Made by a program: the position numbers and the translations under genes. Of a DNA stretch of 64,000 nt, positions 58,084 through 64,000 are shown one piece after another (position 1 is the stretch's first letter; every line of letters begins with the position of its first letter). The notes beneath the pieces are model-generated. The model did not search any database. It had not been told where the DNA came from and saw only the letters and a list, made by a program, of their open reading frames with translations. The stretch is from Dehalococcoidia bacterium (GTDB taxonomy: Bacteria; Chloroflexota; Dehalococcoidia; SM23-28-2; RBG-16-64-32), in NCBI GenBank assembly GCA_963665775.2, contig CAXXTF010000002.1, positions 800,001 through 864,000 on the forward strand. Reading direction: 5' to 3'.

Positions 58084-58986
58084 ATGACTGATCTGCCAAG
58101 ACGGAAACTGGGACGCACGGGCTTGCTGGTTACGGCATTGGGTTACGGCGCCATGGAACTGCGAGGCGGCCGGCGCGGCCCTGATCTCGGTCCCCAACAC
58201 GCGGAGGCGTTGCTCAATGGGTTGCTGGACGCCGGCATAAATTACGTTGACACCTCGATCGACTACGGTCGGAGCGAGGAGTTGATCGGAAAGCACATCG
58301 CACACCGCCGCTCGGAGTACTACCTGGCCACCAAGTGCGGCTGCCTGGTCGGCGGTCCGCAGCCGGCCCAGGGGCAACGACCGACCCATGTCTTCACGCG
58401 CGACAACATCTTGGCCGGCGTGAGCCAGAGCCTCTCCCGCATGAAAACCGACTATATTGACGTGCTCCAGTTCCACGCCGGGCCATCCCGAGAAGAGCTG
58501 GAGGATAACGACGCGCTCCAGACGCTCCTCGACCTGAAACGCGACGGAAAGATCCGGTTTATCGGCATGTCGTCTACCCTTCCCAACCTGGCAGACCACA
58601 TTCGTATGGGCGTCTTCGACGTCTTTCAACTACCCTACTCTGCACTCCAGCGGGAGCACGAGGACGTCTTCACCCAGGCCGCTCAGGCAGGCGCAGGGAC
58701 AGTCATCAGGGGCGGCGCTGCCCGCGGCGCCCCATCCGATGGGAAACAGGCGGGGGGAGCGTGGGAATTATGGCAGAAGGCCCAAATGGACGAACTCCTT
58801 GACGGCATGACTCGCATGGAGTTCACGCTGCGCTTCACGATCACGCACCCGGACGTTCACACCACAATCGTCGGCACGAGCAATCCCGACCACCTGAGCG
58901 ACAACGTACGCGCTGTCCAGAAGGGGCCGCTTTCCCCTGATCTCTATGCTGAGGCCAAGCGCCGGCTTGCCGCAGCTGGCACGTAG
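58084..58986 (+). CDS. Aldo/keto reductase
   Basis: LGRTGL.V..LGYG, DTSIDYG.SEE.IG, ATK, DVLQFH, GKIRFIGMS. Confidence 0.93.
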   Translation: MTDLPRRKLGRTGLLVTALGYGAMELRGGRRGPDLGPQHAEALLNGLLDAGINYVDTSIDYGRSEELIGKHIAHRRSEYYLATKCGCLVGGPQPAQGQRPTHVFTRDNILAGVSQSLSRMKTDYIDVLQFHAGPSREELEDNDALQTLLDLKRDGKIRFIGMSSTLPNLADHIRMGVFDVFQLPYSALQREHEDVFTQAAQAGAGTVIRGGAARGAPSDGKQAGGAWELWQKAQMDELLDGMTRMEFTLRFTITHPDVHTTIVGTSNPDHLSDNVRAVQKGPLSPDLYAEAKRRLAAAGT

Positions 58987-59167
58987 TCGAACACGAGATA
59001 GCTCCGGCAACCACCCTATACCTTCATCTATAAACGTTTCCGAGCGGAGGCGGCTGGTCCCACTCTTAGGAGGATGCGTTCTTGCAGCCTTCGGCAGGCG
59101 ACAGCCGCTGAGCTGCCGGCCCTCGCAAGCGCCGGAGCCGACACACCGGCCGGGGGTCTCTCGCTAC

Positions 59168-59716
59168 CTAAACGCCGATCACCGGACACCCCGCCTCCTG
59201 GCTGACCGACAGTCCGGCTACGAAGCGAAGTAGCTTGAGGGAATCGACGGCATCGACATCGTCGTCACAGTCCACGTCGCCGAATAGAGAGGCGACCTCG
59301 CTCCCGATATCCGGGCAGCCTGGCTGCTGGCTCACTGGCAGGCCGGCCACAAAGCGCAGCTCCTTCAAGGAATCCACCGCGTCCACATCGTCATCGCAGT
59401 CCACGTCGCCAAAGACGAACGCCTCCGGCGTAGGTGCGGGCGGCTCGACCGGCTCGGACCCGGAGGCCGCGGCGCCCGGCCAGAAGCCAGCATCGAGCTG
59501 GAAGCCGTCGCTCGCCGAGGTGCCAGGCGCGTTCTGTCCCACCGTCGATCCCAGGGCAAAACTGTCCGATGCGCCACTATCGCTCCCACCGCCAAGCACG
59601 TTCCAGCTGAGGTCGAAATTGGTGGAGGTCTGGGCGATGACCACCCCTATGGCTATGAGACCGATCAGGAGAGCTACCCCTGCGACCAGGAAACCTGAGA
59701 CATGTCTATTCATCAC
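59168..59716 (-). CDS. Secreted protein with dockerin-like duplicated EF-hand repeats
   Basis: Signal peptide, FDLSWNVLGGG domain, two FGDVDCDDDVDAVDSLK.LRFVAGL repeats. Confidence 0.82.
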   Translation of the reverse strand: MMNRHVSGFLVAGVALLIGLIAIGVVIAQTSTNFDLSWNVLGGGSDSGASDSFALGSTVGQNAPGTSASDGFQLDAGFWPGAAASGSEPVEPPAPTPEAFVFGDVDCDDDVDAVDSLKELRFVAGLPVSQQPGCPDIGSEVASLFGDVDCDDDVDAVDSLKLLRFVAGLSVSQEAGCPVIGV

Positions 59717-59740
59717 AATGCTCCATGGCGTAGCGGACGC

Positions 59741-59928
59741 CTACCTGATCTCCCAGATGCGCGCGCGGATCTTGTCGCAAAATGGATCGTCGGCCCACCG
59801 AAAGATGTCGATCGTGTCTGATAGTAGATCGTCCCAGGTGGCGCCCCTCAAGGTGCCGCCGTCCGCGTCACTGCCCACATTCCAGTTATGGGCGAGGCCG
59901 TCTCCATCCCACATGCAATGCATCTCCA
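59741..59928 (-). pseudogene. Probable C-terminal remnant of a gene truncated by the IS1595
   Basis: Reading frame with genome-like codons starts exactly at the IS end and stops just upstream of the dockerin gene. Confidence 0.45.
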
Positions 59929-60669
59929 CGTAATTATCCCCTTAACGTAGGTACTTGTTCATGGTACGATATCCCCGAAAGGTAGGTAGAAACCATGAAC
60001 AAGTACACAATCCGAGACCTCGATAGTCAGTTCCCCACGGACGATGCTTGCCTGGACTGGCTGAAGGATTACCTCTACCCCGATGGCATCTTTTGCAAGG
60101 TCTGCCAAGCCGTCACTAAGCATCATCGGATTAAGAGCCGCACTTCCTACTCATGTGACCGCTGCGGGCACCATGAGCACCCGATGGCCGAAACGATTTT
60201 CGAGAACTCACGCACCCCGCTCCGACTGTGGTTCCATGCTGTATTTCTCATGGCCTCCACACGCTGCGGCATTTCGGCTAAGCAGCTTGAGCGTCAATTG
60301 GGCGTCACCTATAAGACGGCTTGGCGCATGTTCAAGCAGATTCGTACCCTTCTGGCTGAGCCGCCTAGCCTCCTCTCCGGCCAAGTGGAGGTTGATGAGA
60401 CCTACATCGGCGGCAGGCCGCGTCAGAGCACCGACAGGCGAACCGCCGCCCGAACCCGCATGAGTAACAAGTCTGCGGTTGTTGGCCATGTCCAGCGCGG
60501 TGGTAGGCTTCACGCCATCCACCTACCAGATGGTACAGCCAAGGTGCTGGTGCCCCTAGTTGAACAGTACATCATCCCTGGCTCCACGGTTTACAGCGAC
60601 GAACTCCCCGCCTACAAGGCGCTTGCCCGTAAGGGCTACCAGCACAAGCGGGTCCACCACGCTGCTAAG
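59929..60669 (+). mobile_element. IS1595-family element, left part only
   Basis: CGTAATTATCCC putative left end, then the transposase; cut at 60669 by the IS1380. Confidence 0.8.
59995..60669 (+). pseudogene. IS1595-family transposase, truncated
   Basis: Zn ribbon CKVC/CDRC, HTH, VEVDETY, VYSDE; the C-terminal N..E catalytic segment is missing. Confidence 0.85.
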
Positions 60670-62373
60670 CCCGAATCCACCGAAGGACGGCCTTGGGGAC
60701 AGTCCTTGAAGAAGCCATCGGGTGCTCCTCTGAATCTGGGATAATGGTTTTGGAACAGAAACCAGCCCGGAAACAAGGAGCACCCAATAGATGCTGCCAC
60801 AGAACAAACCCGACCGTATCCGCATCCTCTTTGACGACCATCGCCTGGTGGCCAATGCCGGCCTGCTCCTGCCAGCCACCCTAGCCCGGCACCTGGGCCT
60901 GCGGGAACTCGTCGACCATCACCTTGACCTCGGCGGAGCGCCGGGACGGGCGAACACTGGGGACAAGATGCTGACGCTGGTCGCTTCCGCGCTGGCAGGC
61001 GGCGACTGCATCGACGACGCCGATGCGCTGCGCGCTGGTGGGACGGTCGGTGTTCTAGGCTGCGTGGTCAAGGCGCCATCCACCCTGGGGACCTTCCTGC
61101 GCAGCTTCCGGTGGGGGCATGTCCGTCAACTCGACCGCGTGAGCCGCCAGTTGTTGGCCCGGGCCTGGGCCGCTGGGGCCGGACCCGGCGACTCGCCCCT
61201 GACCATCGACCTGAACTCGACCATCTGCGAGACCTATGGACTGGCCAAGGAGGGAGCGCGCCACCACGGCTATACCGGCGCCCGCGGCTATCACCCGCTG
61301 CTGGCCATTGCCGCCGGCACCGGCGAGGTGCTGATGTCCCGGCTGCGCGAGGGCCGGGCCAACACCGCCCGTGGCGCCGCCCACTTCCTGCGTGAGACGG
61401 TGGGGCGGGTGCGCTACGGCGGGGCCAGGGGACAACTCACGGTGCGGGCCGACAGCGGCTTCTACGCCCACACTGTCGTTGCCGCCTGCCGGGAAATGGA
61501 TGTCCGCTTCTCTATCACCATCCGCCAGCGCGCCAGCCTGCGGGACCTGATCGAGGCGATACCAGAGGAGGACTGGACTCCCATTCCCTACTGGATGGAC
61601 GGCGCCGCCGATGTCGCCGAGACGACTTACACCCCGTTCCAGACCAAGCCGGACGCCGCGCCGGTGCGGCTCATTGTCCGGCGGGTGAAGCCGACGCCCG
61701 GTTCCCAGCTCGCCCTCTTCGCCAGATACAGCTATCACGCCTTCATCACCGACCGCGATGGGGAGACGCTGGAACTGGAGGCCGATCATCGCCGCCACGC
61801 CGAGGTCGAGAACGCCATACGCGACCTCAAGTACGGCGTCGGGCTGAACCACATGCCGTCGAGGCGCTTCGCCGCCAACGGCGCCTGGCTGGCGGTCCAG
61901 GTGATGGCGCATAACCTGGCCCGCTGGACAGCCCGCATCGGCCTGGGTCAGCAGATCGTGACCACCAAGACCCTCAGGCGGCGGGTCTTCGCTCTCGTGG
62001 GACGGATCACCCGCTCGGCGCGCCGCCTCACTTTGCATCTCCCCCGGCGCTGGCCTTGGGAAACCCAGTTCAGTCGCGCCTTGGCCCGGCTGCAAGCCAT
62101 TCCATTCCCGGCCTGACGGCCAGCCTGCAACTGACCCAACGTCCCCGCAATCTCGCGCCACCCCGGTCGCGAGAGTCCCCTGCTGCGTATCCTCTCGCCA
62201 TCCCGCGCATCGCAACTCCCGCATAGGGCCTTAGGGGCCCTGTGCGGCGACTGAAGACCGTCCGCCGGCCTCCCATCTACCCCAAGACCCCAGGCCATCT
62301 CCCCTGTAGCTCCCTCACCCACCCCCTTCCGCTGTCCTCACACCGTCCATCCGTGTCCTTCGGTGGATTCGGG
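60670..62373 (+). mobile_element. IS1380-family insertion sequence (about 1.7 kb)
   Basis: Perfect 19-bp terminal IRs cccgaatccaccgaaggac / gtccttcggtggattcggg (the IR could extend 4 bp further). Confidence 0.9.
60791..62116 (+). CDS. IS1380-family DDE transposase (first catalytic Asp appears to be Asn)
   Basis: APSTLGTFLR, GYHPL, LREG.A, VRADSGFY, HR.HA.VENAIRDLK. Confidence 0.92.
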   Translation: MLPQNKPDRIRILFDDHRLVANAGLLLPATLARHLGLRELVDHHLDLGGAPGRANTGDKMLTLVASALAGGDCIDDADALRAGGTVGVLGCVVKAPSTLGTFLRSFRWGHVRQLDRVSRQLLARAWAAGAGPGDSPLTIDLNSTICETYGLAKEGARHHGYTGARGYHPLLAIAAGTGEVLMSRLREGRANTARGAAHFLRETVGRVRYGGARGQLTVRADSGFYAHTVVAACREMDVRFSITIRQRASLRDLIEAIPEEDWTPIPYWMDGAADVAETTYTPFQTKPDAAPVRLIVRRVKPTPGSQLALFARYSYHAFITDRDGETLELEADHRRHAEVENAIRDLKYGVGLNHMPSRRFAANGAWLAVQVMAHNLARWTARIGLGQQIVTTKTLRRRVFALVGRITRSARRLTLHLPRRWPWETQFSRALARLQAIPFPA

Positions 62374-63421
62374 CTTAACGTTAGTCCTGCTCTCGGTTCT
62401 ACTCGTGGCCGCTACATGCGGGGTCAACGATACGGCGGACCTAGCCCCATCGCCGGGAGGTAACACACTAGCGTCACCTGATGGGGGCATCGAGACGGTG
62501 ACCCCCAGTCCCACCCCTGAAGCGCCGTCACCCACGTCAGTGCCGTCAGCAAGCCCTATGCCGCAACCCACACCGACGGCAAGCCCTACGCCGCAACCCA
62601 CACCGGCCGCCACCCTTCCTCCCACCCCCGGCCGGATCGCTTTCTCATCAAACCGCGATGGAGACTCCGACATTTTTATCATGGACGCCGACGGATCCAA
62701 CGTGACCAATCTCACCAACCACATAACCTGGGACGACATTCCGTCATGGTCACCCGACGGCTCCCGTATCGCCTTCGAGACGAACCGCGATGGCAATTTT
62801 GAAATCTACGTGATGAACGCCGACGGCTCCAGCCTGACCAACCTCACCAATAGCTCCGACCTGGACGGCGACGCCGCCTGGTCCCCGGACGGCTCAAGGC
62901 TAGCATTCCACTCCCGTCGAGATGGCAACCTCGAGGTCTACGTGATGAACGCCGACGGTACGGAGCAGACACGGCTTACGAACAACCCTGATGATGATTG
63001 GGACCCCGCCTGGTCGCCCGACGGCACGAAGATACTCTTCCGTTCCCAGGGGGACGGCAACGCCGAGATTTACGTCATGAGCGCCGATGGTACGAACCTC
63101 GGCAACCTCTCCAAAGATCCGGGTAACGACGTCGATCCAGTCTGGTCTCCTAATGGCACCAGCATCGCCTTCGCTTCCGACCGCGCGGGCGCCCGCAACA
63201 TCCATGTGATGAACGCGGACGGTTCCAACGTGAGGCGGCTCACGGACGGCGTCGACGATTCCTGCCCCGCCTGGTCAGTCGACGGTTCCCACATCGTATT
63301 TGAGGCGGTCCACGAAGGCGCAATGGAGATCTTCGTCATGACCGCCGACAGCTCTGAGGTAACGAACCTCACAAACAGCCCATCGACCGACCGCTACCCC
63401 TCCTGGACGCGGCTGCCGTAG
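62363..63421 (+). CDS. TolB-like PD40-repeat beta-propeller protein, 5' end replaced by the IS
   Basis: Repeated P.WSPDG.RIAF.S.RDG..EIYVMNADG; Pro/Thr linker; hydrophobic stretch ending in Cys. Confidence 0.85.
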   Translation: MDSGLTLVLLSVLLVAATCGVNDTADLAPSPGGNTLASPDGGIETVTPSPTPEAPSPTSVPSASPMPQPTPTASPTPQPTPAATLPPTPGRIAFSSNRDGDSDIFIMDADGSNVTNLTNHITWDDIPSWSPDGSRIAFETNRDGNFEIYVMNADGSSLTNLTNSSDLDGDAAWSPDGSRLAFHSRRDGNLEVYVMNADGTEQTRLTNNPDDDWDPAWSPDGTKILFRSQGDGNAEIYVMSADGTNLGNLSKDPGNDVDPVWSPNGTSIAFASDRAGARNIHVMNADGSNVRRLTDGVDDSCPAWSVDGSHIVFEAVHEGAMEIFVMTADSSEVTNLTNSPSTDRYPSWTRLP

Positions 63422-63618
63422 CAGGGGAGCCAGCCACTTTTGGGCCACGCCTGTCCGTCCACCAGGGCCAGTTACCTGAACGTCAGGGCAATCAGTGTAT
63501 TGGTGTATTATGGGGCCGTGGGAGCAGCGCCCGCTCGGGCTCTGGACTCATAATTTGGGCGAAAACCCACGTGGATACCTGAATACGCAGCGCCCGGTGT
63601 CCAATCAGGAACGCCTCC

Positions 63619-64000
63619 ATGAAATATACGGCTGTTGTTTTCGATCTCTTCCATACGCTGGTTGACTCTCCGCCCCATGACGATTCCCACCGAAACTTAC
63701 TGGAAATGGCCTCAGCCGTCGGCGCGCCAGGCGACGAATTTGCACGGCTATGGGCGAACACGTATACCGAGCGGAGTGAAGGAGTCTTCGCAACGACCGA
63801 GGCGGCGATTTCGCACGTCTGTGCAGCGCTAGATGTGCAGCCGAAGGCGCGGGATATCAACGCCGCATCCGCCATTCGCGTCGGCCTTCTGCGGCACGCT
63901 CTAGTGCCACGGCCGGGTGCCGCAGAGACATTGGCAGAACTGAGAAAATCGGGCCGTAGGATAGGCCTCCTGTCCAACTGCACCACGGAAATACCACTGG
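63619..64000 (+). CDS. HAD-family hydrolase, 5' part (runs off the window)
   Basis: MKYTAVVFDLFHTLVD motif I; later PGAAETLAELRKSG..IGLLSN motif II. Confidence 0.85.
   Translation, partial: MKYTAVVFDLFHTLVDSPPHDDSHRNLLEMASAVGAPGDEFARLWANTYTERSEGVFATTEAAISHVCAALDVQPKARDINAASAIRVGLLRHALVPRPGAAETLAELRKSGRRIGLLSNCTTEIPL

Overview
High-GC bacterial chromosome segment. It is most consistent with Chloroflexota, class Dehalococcoidia; this is an inference from the nuo-type operon without nuoEFG, a dockerin-like secreted protein, SCO1664/PAC2/DUF6295 genes, the AYRAPG-type Mo-hydroxylase and GAAC-N4-GTTC boxes. Bases 1-28.7 kb are mostly minus-strand core genes: recO-recR-ybaB-dnaX, ybeY, a complex I-like operon, tldD/tldE, plsY, der, cdaAR and argF, followed on the plus strand by broken comEA/comEC and rph. 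Bases 28.7-64 kb are accessory. Main highlights: (1) a complete nurA-herA-mre11/sbcD-rad50/sbcC operon, the four-gene set known from archaeal DNA-end resection, behind a sigma70 promoter with a LexA-type box; (2) a nuo operon lacking both Fe-S subunits NuoB and NuoI but carrying an extra small gene; (3) an unannotated 45-aa Cys-rich ORF behind a promoter with two LexA-type boxes; (4) a 47-aa ORF ending ...CCGHRGEPGC-UGA with a SECIS-like hairpin 11 nt downstream; (5) a two-gene unit sharing an unnamed domain, one protein with ~28 EEAAAALVR repeats; (6) REP-like repeats captured in-frame in dnaX and argF; (7) an IS1380 with mismatched flanks nested in an IS1595; and (8) several pseudogenes. All calls come from reading motifs by eye; no database search was run.
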